The position numbers and the translations under genes were made by a program. The notes beneath the pieces are model-generated. The model was not told where the DNA came from and made no database searches. It was given only the letters and a program-made list of their open reading frames with translations. Below, in pieces: positions 9,244 to 18,516 of a stretch of DNA of 64,000 bases. Position 1 is the stretch's first letter, and each line of letters starts with the position of its first letter. The stretch lies in NCBI GenBank assembly GCA_037481835.1, contig JBBFKW010000004.1, positions 176,944 to 240,943 of the forward strand, given 5' to 3'. Source of the stretch: Desulfosoma sp. (lineage in GTDB: Bacteria; Desulfobacterota; Syntrophobacteria; Syntrophobacterales; DSM-9756).

Positions 9244-9903
9244 ATGGTTCCCATTGTGTGCATCGTGGGCGCATCTAACGTGGGAAAGACAACCTTTCTC
9301 GAAAAGCTCATTCCCTCCTTGGTGCGCCGGGGCTACCGGGTCGGTACGGTCAAACACGACGTCCACGGCTTTCAAATGGACCGGGAAGGCAAGGACACAT
9401 GGCGCCACGCTCAGGCGGGAGCCCAAACCATCGCCATTTCCTCGCCTGTGCGTGTCGCTTCCATCCGAAGCGTCCCCGTGGAATTGCCCTTGGAAGAGGT
9501 TGTCTCGCGATATTTTTGGGACGAAGATATCGTGCTCGCTGAAGGGTTCAAGAGGTCCGTCTTTCCCAAAATCGAGCTTTTCCGACCGGAAATCGAGCCT
9601 CGGCCTTTGTGCTCGCCCTCGGACAACCTCATCGCCCTGGTCTCCGACGCGGCCGTGGAAACGGAGGTGCCCCGCTTTGCTTTCTCCGATGTGGACGGCC
9701 TGACCGACCTCATCCAATCCCGCTACCTCGAGAGCCGAAAACGGCCCCGCGTGCTGGTCCAGTTGGACGGCAAAAAGCTTCCCATGAAAGACTTTGTGCA
9801 GGATTTTATCGCGGGCGGGGTCCTGGGGATGGTTTCCCAGCTGCGAGGCTGGAAGAGACCGAGGCAACTGCGCGTCACCATCACGCTGGGAGACGAAGCG
9901 TGA
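9244..9903 (+). CDS. mobB: Molybdopterin-guanine dinucleotide biosynthesis protein B with C-terminal extension
   Basis: GASNVGKTT P-loop, VKHDVHGF, GKDTWRH and EGFK. Confidence 0.92.
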   Translation: MVPIVCIVGASNVGKTTFLEKLIPSLVRRGYRVGTVKHDVHGFQMDREGKDTWRHAQAGAQTIAISSPVRVASIRSVPVELPLEEVVSRYFWDEDIVLAEGFKRSVFPKIELFRPEIEPRPLCSPSDNLIALVSDAAVETEVPRFAFSDVDGLTDLIQSRYLESRKRPRVLVQLDGKKLPMKDFVQDFIAGGVLGMVSQLRGWKRPRQLRVTITLGDEA

Positions 9904-10529
9904 TCGCCGGAGCCGTCTTGGCCGGCGGAGAAAGCCGCCGTTTCGGGCGCAACAAGGCTCTGGAAAACCTCAAGGGCGTGCGCCTCATCGATCGCGCCGT
10001 AGCCCACCTTGCCGCCTTGTGCGATCCCGTCATGATTGTGGCTAACGATCTTTCGCCCTACATGGATCTCGACGTTTTGCTCGTGCGCGATGTCGTCCCT
10101 CGGTTCGGGCCTCTCGGCGGCATCTATACCGCTTTGTATTTTTCTCCACATCCCTGGGTGCTCGTGCGGGCCACGGACATGCCTTTTCTGGAACCATCCC
10201 TGGCCCAGGCCCTCATTGCGCTCACCCAGACCCCCCACGTGGATGTGATCGTGCTCAAAAAAGACAACGCCTTCGAACCGCTCATGGCCCTCTACCACGT
10301 GCGATGCCTGCCGTATATCCGTCGTTGCATGGAAGCGGATCGCCGGCAGGTGATCAGTTTCTATCGCAGTGTGAAAGTACACGCCGTCGAAGAATCCCAA
10401 TGGCGCGTGTACGATCCCGAGGGCGTGAGCTTGTGGAACATCAACACGCCCGAGGACTGGCAGCGTATTGTTGAACGGTCTTCTGAGGAAGTTGGCCGCA
10501 CAGGTCCCCCGCACCCCGAGGACGCCTAA
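9900..10529 (+). CDS. mobA: Molybdenum cofactor guanylyltransferase
   Basis: LAGGESRRFGRNKA, GPLGGI, DMPF and NINTPED. GTGA overlap with the mobB stop. Confidence 0.92.
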   Translation: MIAGAVLAGGESRRFGRNKALENLKGVRLIDRAVAHLAALCDPVMIVANDLSPYMDLDVLLVRDVVPRFGPLGGIYTALYFSPHPWVLVRATDMPFLEPSLAQALIALTQTPHVDVIVLKKDNAFEPLMALYHVRCLPYIRRCMEADRRQVISFYRSVKVHAVEESQWRVYDPEGVSLWNINTPEDWQRIVERSSEEVGRTGPPHPEDA

Positions 10530-10530
10530 G

Positions 10531-11775
10531 ATGCCGACGCGGCCGGAGCCCATCTCTCTGGAACAAGCCGCCGCTTTGGCGGCCGGAGCCGTAACCCAGG
10601 CGCCCGTTCGATGGGTTCCCGTGGATGCGGCCCTTCACCGGATTTCGGCCCGGGATCTTGTTTGTCCGTTTCCCATTCCCGCAGAAGCCCGATCCCGCAT
10701 GGACGGGTACGCCGTGCGAGCCCAGGATACGCGCGGGGCGTCTCGGGCCGATCCTCGGATGCTTCGTTGTCTCGACCAAACCCTAGCCGCGGGAACAGTG
10801 CCGGCCGTGCCCCTGGAACGGGGAACGGCATGCCGCATCCTCACAGGAGCCGTTCTGCCCGACGGGGCCGATGCCGTCGTTGCCGATGAGGACGCCGAAC
10901 GCTCTGGGGACACCATCCGTGTTTTTGCGGAGGCGTTTCCAGGCCAATGGATATCCCCTGCGGGCGAAGGCATGGAGCGTGGAGCCGTCGGCGTTCGTGC
11001 CGGAACCCGCCTGACGGCCCCTCGTCTCGCCGCGGCCGTAGCCATGGGCTACGCTCACGTTCCCGTCTTTACCCGCTGCCGCGTGGCCGTCATGAGCACG
11101 GGAAGCGAAATCCTCGAACCGGGCTCAGCGTGGCGCCCGGGGGCTTCCTACGCCGACACACGCTATCTGTTGGCCGGATGGCTGCGTTCCGTGGGAGCCG
11201 TCCCTATCCATCTGGGATGTGCCGCCGACGACCCGTCGGCCATTGCGGCCCTTCTCGACAAAGCCCCGGGGCCGGTGGCGGTGACCACGGGAGGGACGGG
11301 GCGCGGCGACAAGGATTTCGTTTTCCGCGTCTGGGATGATCTGGGAATCACCCCGATTTTTCACGGTGTGGCCATGAAACCCGGTGGCGGCACAGCTCTC
11401 GGCCGCCGGGAAGGCCGTCTTTTTTGGGCCGTTCCAGGAACGCCGTGGGCCGCCACGGTGGTTTTCCACGAACTTTTCCTCCCCATGCTGGAAACCTGGT
11501 ACGGGTCCACGGAACCTTTCATCCGGACCTACACGGCGCATCTCGAACGCGGGCTAACATGGGAAAACCGTGGGGTTCGAGCCGTCCCTGGAAGGCTTTT
11601 CACGCGGGAAAACCAACTCTGGTTCGACCCGCTCCCTCCACACTCGTCCCATTCCGTGTTCGATCTTGCGGAAATCAACGCTTATGCCCTGGTTCCCACC
11701 GGGCGCGGAAGGCTCGATGCGGAATCCCCCATCACGGCCAGACTCCTTACGGGACACGGGATCGCACCCCAATGA
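10531..11775 (+). CDS. moeA: Molybdopterin molybdotransferase MoeA-family (divergent)
   Basis: SRMDGYAV, ILTGAVLPDGADAVV, STGSEI, TTGGTGRGDKD and MKPG. Confidence 0.85.
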   Translation: MPTRPEPISLEQAAALAAGAVTQAPVRWVPVDAALHRISARDLVCPFPIPAEARSRMDGYAVRAQDTRGASRADPRMLRCLDQTLAAGTVPAVPLERGTACRILTGAVLPDGADAVVADEDAERSGDTIRVFAEAFPGQWISPAGEGMERGAVGVRAGTRLTAPRLAAAVAMGYAHVPVFTRCRVAVMSTGSEILEPGSAWRPGASYADTRYLLAGWLRSVGAVPIHLGCAADDPSAIAALLDKAPGPVAVTTGGTGRGDKDFVFRVWDDLGITPIFHGVAMKPGGGTALGRREGRLFWAVPGTPWAATVVFHELFLPMLETWYGSTEPFIRTYTAHLERGLTWENRGVRAVPGRLFTRENQLWFDPLPPHSSHSVFDLAEINAYALVPTGRGRLDAESPITARLLTGHGIAPQ

Positions 11776-11893
11776 TCCCTGAGGCCGCCACAGGTCTGAC
11801 CGAGGCCGGGGAAGGCGATTCTTCGCACGAACCCCTATTCAAGAGAGTGCAGAGTGTGTATAGTGCGGGCTCGACTTTTCAAGCGCACAGAGG

Positions 11894-12580
11894 ATGCTAT
11901 CCATGCTCAAAGGGACATATATCGAAACGCAATATTACAAGGTTTTGCAAACCTATCTCGTTCCGGTGCTCGTCCGGCTGAGACTTCGTCCCAACCACGT
12001 CTCCATTCTCGGCCTTGGGATAAGCGCGGCGGCAGGGCTGGGGTTCCTCTTCCAGCCCCTCTGGGGCGGTATCCTCACCCTGGTGGCAGGCCTCGTGGAT
12101 ACTCTGGACGGCAGTTTGGCTCGAAGCACCGGCCAAGCGCGAAATTCCGGCGCGTTCCTGGATTCCGTCCTGGACCGCTATTCCGAGTTTTTCATCTACC
12201 TCGGCATCTGGGGCTATTTTTATCGAAAGGGCGCCTCGGAACCCGCGCTTTCCGTGATCATCCTGTGCATTCTGTTCGGATCCCTCATGGTGAGTTATAC
12301 CCGGGCGCGCGCCGAGGGGCTGGGGCAAAAATGCATGGTCGGCTTCCTGCAGCGGGGAGAACGCGTGATCTTGTTGGGACTGGGCGGCATCGTCAACCCC
12401 GCCTTCAACAAGCTTTCCCGACTTCCCCTGAGCTCCTCCCCCGAAGATGCCTTCCTCACGGTCATTCTTTTCATTCTGGCCGTTGGCACAAACCTTACGG
12501 CCTTATGGCGCTTTCAGCACGTGCTCAAGAATCTGCACCACGATCGCCCTTCGAAGCCCGCCACCGACACCGAAGGCTGA
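11894..12580 (+). CDS. CDP-alcohol phosphatidyltransferase family protein
   Basis: DTLDGSLAR...GAFLDSVLDRYSE signature and VSYTRARAE. Confidence 0.9.
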   Translation: MLSMLKGTYIETQYYKVLQTYLVPVLVRLRLRPNHVSILGLGISAAAGLGFLFQPLWGGILTLVAGLVDTLDGSLARSTGQARNSGAFLDSVLDRYSEFFIYLGIWGYFYRKGASEPALSVIILCILFGSLMVSYTRARAEGLGQKCMVGFLQRGERVILLGLGGIVNPAFNKLSRLPLSSSPEDAFLTVILFILAVGTNLTALWRFQHVLKNLHHDRPSKPATDTEG

Positions 12581-12608
12581 TCCGCCGCGGGACGCTTCCC
12601 CGTCCTGC

Positions 12609-13106
12609 CTAGAGGATGGGCTCCGGAAGTTTTCGCAAAATGACCCGGTCGTCTTCCCGGTAGATTTCAAAAGAGTCCCCCACGGAAAACCCCAACTGGT
12701 CGATCAAGAGCGCCTTGTTCAGGGTGATGCTGCCGCTTTGACCGATGGTGCGATGATTGGTCGTCTTGATCACCACGGACGGCACCGGCGCCGTCGCCGG
12801 CTTCGGGCGGCGTCGCACAACGACCTTAGAAGCCATTGCCGCCTCGGCCTCCTCCTGCTCTTTGCTGACGACCTGGGGTTGGGACACGACGCGATGGTGC
12901 CGGTGCGGGGTGGGTTCCGCCGCGCGGTGCCGGCCGAAGCCCATCTGGGGAATTTCGCCCAGTTCCATGAGCCCCTTGAGATACAGGTCCTGAACTTCGC
13001 TTTTAAATCGAAGCCCGAACAGCTTTTGGACCGCTTCCAAAGAGCGGCCGTTACGGATTTCGTTGACGATCAGTTTGGGATCAATGTTTTTGTATTCCAC
13101 ATCCAT
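12609..13106 (-). CDS. Hypothetical protein with a C-terminal AbrB/MazE-like swapped-hairpin domain
   Basis: C-terminus RTIGQSGSITLNKALLIDQLGFSVGDSFEIYREDDRVILRK; AAAGGAA RBS before the ATG at 13106. Confidence 0.7.
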   Translation of the reverse strand: MDVEYKNIDPKLIVNEIRNGRSLEAVQKLFGLRFKSEVQDLYLKGLMELGEIPQMGFGRHRAAEPTPHRHHRVVSQPQVVSKEQEEAEAAMASKVVVRRRPKPATAPVPSVVIKTTNHRTIGQSGSITLNKALLIDQLGFSVGDSFEIYREDDRVILRKLPEPIL

Positions 13107-13507
13107 CGTGCGTTCCTTTCGTGTAAACATCCAAGGCACCTCTTCGCAGAAAAATTTTTAGACAAAAGCCTTGTCGTTTGCCGTGACGGTTTGGCCTTGA
13201 CGCACACCTCAGCGGACCGAAAGAAGGGGGACAGGCGATCCGGACTCCCCCGAGCGATGATGCGCTCCACCGTCTGCAACGCCTGAGACGGGGAAAACTT
13301 CACCGGCAGGGGGAACTTGTCCGAGTATGTTGTCGACTCACAAAATTCGGGATTTTTTCGAGATGCGACGACGAAGCCTCAACGGCACTCTTTTCCTAAC
13401 AAAGTCTCATCACAGAATCAACCTTCTTTGCACTCGGAAATTTTTTTGACGAAACCAAGGCTTGCAGCCGCAATGCACCCTTGCGAAAGCCCGCTGCGGC
13501 GGGCGTC

Positions 13508-13536
13508 TTTATAAGGGAGACGTGGGGGCAGGTCAA
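13508..13536 (-). promoter_or_regulatory. Sigma70 promoter about 400 bp upstream of the AbrB-like gene
   Basis: Minus strand TTGACC-17bp-TATAAA. Confidence 0.5.
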
Positions 13537-13612
13537 TGGCAAAAATGCACGGCAAAATCTTTTTTCGCAACGCCTTCTTTTGATCCCTTCCGCGCGGGCT
13601 CACCCCTTTAGC

Positions 13613-14671
13613 TCACGTCCCTCGAAGGATCTCAGAAAGGTCCCGGGTCAAAACGGCGACTCGCTCCGCATGCCGCTCGCTCAAGGTGCCGCAGCCGCAA
13701 CTGGGCGTAAAAAGGCTTTGCGCCAGCACGGCATCCACGGATCTTTCCCCACCCAAGAACCCTCTGACCTGATCGGTCCACCTTTTCGCCAGATCCTCAG
13801 CGGACACGGCATCAATCAAGGCTTCCTCCGCCGTGGGCACCATCCCCCACGCCACTATACCGCCTCGGTCCAAGAACCCCACGCATGGATTTCGATACAA
13901 GGCGAAACGGTCAAAGAATTGGTAAGCATCCAGATTGATAATATCCAGGGGGCATTCGAAAATGAGGCCCCAGTCCGTGTTGGCGCAGACGTGAACGCCC
14001 ACCAAAGCCCCCGCCTTTCTTATGGGCTCGGCCACTTCCCTCAGCAGGGCTTTGACATCCTCGGCGGACACGGTGATAAAGGCCGAAGTCCCGAAGCCGG
14101 CCAAAGCCGGCTCATCGAGAAAGAGGATCACGGGCTTTGCCCATTGGGAGAGCCGGCGAACCTGCCAGAGCGCTTTCATGGCGAGATGCTTGACCACCAC
14201 ATCGCGCATCCTTTCATCGAAAAGGAGCGCGCGCCGCTTTTGATCCGTCAAGCCGCTCAATAGCGTGAACGGCCCGACGATCTGCCCTTTGACGGCGTTC
14301 CAGCGGGCAGGGCGCTCGGCCAACCGATCCAAGAAGAGCCGAAACGTTCGGCCCGACTCTTCGCCCATGGCGAACCGGGACTGATCCAGCAGAGACGGGG
14401 AGCCGTCAACGGCCAGATAATCTTCATAAAAAGACAAGATTTCCTGATCCGCGCCTTCCGTATCCACCCACACGCGCCCGGCGTCCCACCTCACGCCCGG
14501 GAGCCCTTCCAGGTATTGCACCATCATCTGTTCGGCGGGGTATTTGGGCAGCTGGGGCCATACGGGAATGTGGGTCATGATGTCCAAAATGACGGAGACG
14601 GCGCGTTCCGGATCGGTGTGGGGCATGCTGCCCACAAGAGTCGCCTGTCCTGCGGCTTCGAAGAGTCCCAT
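13613..14671 (-). CDS. Core (single-barrel, MetE C-terminal-like) methionine synthase, MesB-like
   Basis: GSMPHTD, WPQLP, KGQIVGPFT and LDEP; Zn ligands HVC and PSCG. About 352 aa, with no N-terminal folate barrel. Confidence 0.75.
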   Translation of the reverse strand: MGLFEAAGQATLVGSMPHTDPERAVSVILDIMTHIPVWPQLPKYPAEQMMVQYLEGLPGVRWDAGRVWVDTEGADQEILSFYEDYLAVDGSPSLLDQSRFAMGEESGRTFRLFLDRLAERPARWNAVKGQIVGPFTLLSGLTDQKRRALLFDERMRDVVVKHLAMKALWQVRRLSQWAKPVILFLDEPALAGFGTSAFITVSAEDVKALLREVAEPIRKAGALVGVHVCANTDWGLIFECPLDIINLDAYQFFDRFALYRNPCVGFLDRGGIVAWGMVPTAEEALIDAVSAEDLAKRWTDQVRGFLGGERSVDAVLAQSLFTPSCGCGTLSERHAERVAVLTRDLSEILRGT

Positions 14672-14867
14672 TGCAAAATCGCTCCAGCAAAGGTATGGTT
14701 TTATGTCACGTATATCTTTAGGGAATTGGGGCTGCGGAAACGTTCGTCCTCGTTCCCCGCACCGTCTATCACAGTGCGGCTGCCTCGTCAAATGGAGCTC
14801 CGGAAGGGACGGTTCGGTTGCGCCGGATCTTCCGATTCGGCCCACATGGTCTTACGTGGAGAGCGGC

Positions 14868-15842
14868 ATGGCGACAAGAGCTCATGGTCCCCGGGACCGC
14901 GACCCCCAAGACAAGAAATTCCTCTATATCCTCTTCGTCGTGCTCCTGCTCCTCACAACGGGCGCTCTTTTCCTTCTCATGAAAACGGGAAAACGGCCTT
15001 TCGCACCGGAAGTCCCGCCGTCTGAAAAGCCGGAAAACCTCGCTAGAGTTCCCAAGGACGTGGGTCCTGAACAAGTTCGAAGGCCCGTTCCCACCCCGGA
15101 ACCGGCGCCGCAGCCCGCACCGCCCCCTTTGGCAGCCTCGCCTCCGCCCTATCCCGACGTTCCGCCCCAGGCGTCCCAGGACCAACGCAAGGAGGCTTTC
15201 GGGCTCAAATCCAGCGTGGATCATGTTGTCCAAAGCCGGGAACCCTTCAACGCCCACGGCCGCCAATGGACTGTGGAGGAGATCCAAAGGCGACTGGCCG
15301 GCCGGGCGGGTCAAGGCCCCTCAAGAACCGCTGAACCGAACACCCTGGGGGACTTTGTCCGAAAGCCTGCTCCAGGCGAATCGACCCAAGGGGAACAGAA
15401 GCGGCCGACGCTCTACTACGGGGTCCGTTCGGTCCGTCCCGGGGAAAACCTCTGGAGAATCCACTACGGTGTGGTGCGGGAATATTTCGCCCGCCGCGGG
15501 ATCGAGCTGCCGAATCGAGCGGACCAGCCCCGAGCCGACGGCCGCAGCAGCGGTGTCGGGCGAATTTTAAAATTCCTGGAAGGCATCGTCTACGTCTACA
15601 ACACGCGGGAAAATCGGCTGGTGGAGGACCTGGATCTCCTCTACCCCAACGATCTCATCGTGTTTTTCAAGATTTCAGAGGTCTTCCAGGCCTTGGACCA
15701 GGTGAATGCCGAAGAATTGGATGCTGTGCGATACCTGGGGCCCACCCTCCAGGTGAAAGCCCCTTCCAAATCTCGTGTTCTTTTGAATCAAAAGGACCTC
15801 AAGGACCAACCACCCCCACCCGTGCCGGAAAAGGGGCGTTGA
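14868..15842 (+). CDS. Membrane-anchored Pro-rich hypothetical protein with a LysM-like segment
   Basis: One TM helix (FLYILFVVLLLLTTGALFLL), a Pro-rich linker, and YYGVRSVRPGENLWRIH...LDLLYPND. GGAG RBS. Confidence 0.65.
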   Translation: MATRAHGPRDRDPQDKKFLYILFVVLLLLTTGALFLLMKTGKRPFAPEVPPSEKPENLARVPKDVGPEQVRRPVPTPEPAPQPAPPPLAASPPPYPDVPPQASQDQRKEAFGLKSSVDHVVQSREPFNAHGRQWTVEEIQRRLAGRAGQGPSRTAEPNTLGDFVRKPAPGESTQGEQKRPTLYYGVRSVRPGENLWRIHYGVVREYFARRGIELPNRADQPRADGRSSGVGRILKFLEGIVYVYNTRENRLVEDLDLLYPNDLIVFFKISEVFQALDQVNAEELDAVRYLGPTLQVKAPSKSRVLLNQKDLKDQPPPPVPEKGR

Positions 15843-15881
15843 CAGCCGGCACGGGGCACGCCCCGGACAAGGAGGAGATGC

Positions 15882-17171
15882 ATGGCGCAGGATCTGAAAA
15901 AGATGTACCGCACGGTCATGGACGACCATTTCCCGGAGGACCTGACGATCCGATTCGGCGATCAAGAACTCGTCTATCGCAAGCGCACATGGAAATTTCC
16001 CGATGAAAAAACAGGCGAACTCATTGAAAAAGGCCTCCGCTACGGGGAAAACCCGGGCCAGGAAGCGGCCCTTTACGAACTGGTTGCGGGAAACCTCACC
16101 CTGGGAGACTGCCGCTTTATCGAACCGGGCCGGGGCTTGGTCAGCGCCGTGTCCGAAGAGGACATGGTTCAGGCGGGCAAACATCCCGGGAAAATCAACC
16201 TCACGGACTTGGACAACGGCCTTAATATCATCAAATATCTTATGGATCGCCCCTGCGCCGTGATCCTCAAGCACAACAACCCCTGCGGGGCCGCCCATGG
16301 GCAGACCCTGGCGGAAGCGTACTTTCGGGCGAACCGGGCGGACCGGATCGCCGCCTTCGGCGGCTGCCTCGTGCTCAACCGCCCTCTGGACAAGGACACG
16401 GCGGAATTGGCCGCCCAAAACTACTTGGAAGTCCTGGCGGCTCCCGACTTTGAAGAAGGCGCATTGGATATCGTCAAAAAAAGAGCGAACCTTCGCATCA
16501 TTCAAGTGCGGCGCATGGACCGACTCTCTGAATACCGCGACCTGCGCTTTGTCGACTTCAAGTCCCTCATGGACGGGGGACTCATCGTGCAGCAATCCGC
16601 CCTCTGCGCCGTGAAAGGGCCTCAGGATCTCAAACTTGCCGAAACGGTCCACGAAGGCAAAACGTATCGGATTCAGAGGGCTCCCACCCAAAAGGAAATG
16701 GAGGATCTCCTTTTCGGCTGGTACGTCGAACAGGGCGTGACGTCCAATTCGGTGCTCTACGTCAAGGACCTGTGCACGGTGGCCATCGGCACCGGCGAAC
16801 AGGACCGGGTCGGGGTGGCGGAATTGGCCGTCTACAAGGCCTACCGCAACTACGGGGACGCGCTGTGCTTCGAAAAGTACGGGTTGTCCTACAAAGAACT
16901 GGAGCGGGCCGTGGAAACGGGCCGGCGGCCCCGGGAAGACCGGGAAGCCATCGATGCGGCCGTGCGGGAAGTGCGCGCCGGCCTGGTGGGCTCCACCATG
17001 GTTTCCGACGCCTTCTTCCCCTTTCGGGATGGCGTGGATGTGGGCATTCGCCAGGGAATCACCGCGGTGGTCCAACCCGGAGGATCCCTCAGGGATTGGG
17101 AAGTCATCGAAGCCTGCAATGAAGCGGGCGTGACCATGGTCTTCACCGGCCAGAGGGCCTTCAAGCACTAG
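15882..17171 (+). CDS. purH: AICAR transformylase (PurH C-terminal domain only)
   Basis: LRYGENPGQEAA, KHNNPCG, SNSV, SDAFFPFRDG, QPGGS and RAFKH; no N-terminal IMPCH/MGS domain. Confidence 0.85.
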   Translation: MAQDLKKMYRTVMDDHFPEDLTIRFGDQELVYRKRTWKFPDEKTGELIEKGLRYGENPGQEAALYELVAGNLTLGDCRFIEPGRGLVSAVSEEDMVQAGKHPGKINLTDLDNGLNIIKYLMDRPCAVILKHNNPCGAAHGQTLAEAYFRANRADRIAAFGGCLVLNRPLDKDTAELAAQNYLEVLAAPDFEEGALDIVKKRANLRIIQVRRMDRLSEYRDLRFVDFKSLMDGGLIVQQSALCAVKGPQDLKLAETVHEGKTYRIQRAPTQKEMEDLLFGWYVEQGVTSNSVLYVKDLCTVAIGTGEQDRVGVAELAVYKAYRNYGDALCFEKYGLSYKELERAVETGRRPREDREAIDAAVREVRAGLVGSTMVSDAFFPFRDGVDVGIRQGITAVVQPGGSLRDWEVIEACNEAGVTMVFTGQRAFKH

Positions 17172-17734
17172 AGCCCGTGCCAGGGTGGTACGAGATCGTG
17201 GGCAATCCCCAGATGATCCAGGATGCGCCCGACGATGAAATCCACGAGATCGTCCACGGTGCGGGGTTGGTGATAGAAGCCGGGAGCCGGCGGCAACACG
17301 ACGGCGCCGGCTTCGGTGAGGGCCAACATGTTTTTCAGATGGACGGCGCTCAGCGGCGTCTCCCGCGGGACCACAATGAGAGGCCGTCGTTCCTTGAGGC
17401 ACACGTCGGCGGCTCGGTGGATGAGGTTATTGGCCAATCCGTTGGCGACAGCCGCCAGTGTGCCCATGGTGCACGGGACGATGACCATGCCGCGAGTGCG
17501 AAAGGAGCCGCTGGCGATGGGGGCGGTGAAGGCGTCTTCGGCGTAAAGAGGGATCCCCGGCGGGAGATCTTCTTCCAGGGTCCTGCCGGTTTCCAGCCGA
17601 TAGACGAGCCGGCCGGCCGATGACACCACCCCGTGGGTGGGAACGCCTCGGTGCGCCAAGAACCGGAAAAGACGCCGCGCGTAAGGCGCGCCGCTGGCCC
17701 CCGTTACGGCGACGATGACCGGGAGAGCATCCAC
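17168..17734 (-). CDS. ubiX: Flavin prenyltransferase UbiX
   Basis: VTGASG, IASGSF, PCTMGTLA, RAADVCLKERR, PRETP and PGFY. Confidence 0.93.
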   Translation of the reverse strand: MDALPVIVAVTGASGAPYARRLFRFLAHRGVPTHGVVSSAGRLVYRLETGRTLEEDLPPGIPLYAEDAFTAPIASGSFRTRGMVIVPCTMGTLAAVANGLANNLIHRAADVCLKERRPLIVVPRETPLSAVHLKNMLALTEAGAVVLPPAPGFYHQPRTVDDLVDFIVGRILDHLGIAHDLVPPWHGL

Positions 17735-18516
17735 GCGTCCCACACCTCCTCCACACTGCGTCCTTCGTGCACCAAGCTGACGATGGCCGAGAGAAAACGA
17801 TCCGGGCATGCGTGCTGAAAGACGTTTCGACCCACGGCCACCCCGGCCAAGCCCGCTTCGAGTCCCATGCGAATCCTTGTGAGGAAAGCCCGCTCATCGG
17901 GTTCTTTGGTCCCGCCGGCCATGACCACCGGCACAGGGACACTTTGCGCAATCCGCTCCACGGTCTCGAGACGCTGAGGCGCGGGAATCTTGATGATATC
18001 CGCACCCAGTTCGGCCGCCACGCGGGCGGCATGTTCCACGAACTCGTCCGTGACGGGCTTGGGCGCATGCACCCCCCGCACGTAGATCATCGCCAACAAA
18101 GGCATATTCCACTGGGCACACGCCTCCCCCACACGGCCCAAATCCACGAGCATCTGCGGCTCGGCCTCATCCCCCAGGTTGACATGCACGGAAACACCAT
18201 CGGCCCCCCGCCGGACGGCTTCCTCCACGGACCCGACCAACACCTTGCGATGAAAAGAGGGCCCGATCTGCGTGCTGGCCGAAAGGTGCATGAAAACCCC
18301 CGGAAGGCGACCCGGAATCCGCTCCACATAGGCCATCATGCCTTTATGCAGCACGAAACCGTCGGCTCCCGCGGCGGCTCCGTATCGAAGGACGGCTTCC
18401 ATCTGTGCAATGCCGTGCACGGGACCGCAACTGACGCCGTGGTCCAAGGGAAAGAGCACCAGGCGTCCATCCCCCCTGAAAAAAAAACGACGCAACCTCA
18501 AGTTCTTGCCGCTCAT
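17704..18516 (-). CDS. Class I DhnA-type aldolase, ADH (2-amino-3,7-dideoxy-heptulosonate) synthase-like
   Basis: PLDHG, VLHKG, HLSAST, GADGVSVHVN, ELGADIIK (Schiff-base Lys), AGG and GRNVFQ. Confidence 0.82.
   Translation of the reverse strand: MSGKNLRLRRFFFRGDGRLVLFPLDHGVSCGPVHGIAQMEAVLRYGAAAGADGFVLHKGMMAYVERIPGRLPGVFMHLSASTQIGPSFHRKVLVGSVEEAVRRGADGVSVHVNLGDEAEPQMLVDLGRVGEACAQWNMPLLAMIYVRGVHAPKPVTDEFVEHAARVAAELGADIIKIPAPQRLETVERIAQSVPVPVVMAGGTKEPDERAFLTRIRMGLEAGLAGVAVGRNVFQHACPDRFLSAIVSLVHEGRSVEEVWDAWMLSRSSSP

Noticed and set aside
14672..14867. SAM or cobalamin riboswitch upstream of the methionine synthase
   Set aside because: No recognisable conserved riboswitch core; the short gap is shared with a divergent gene.
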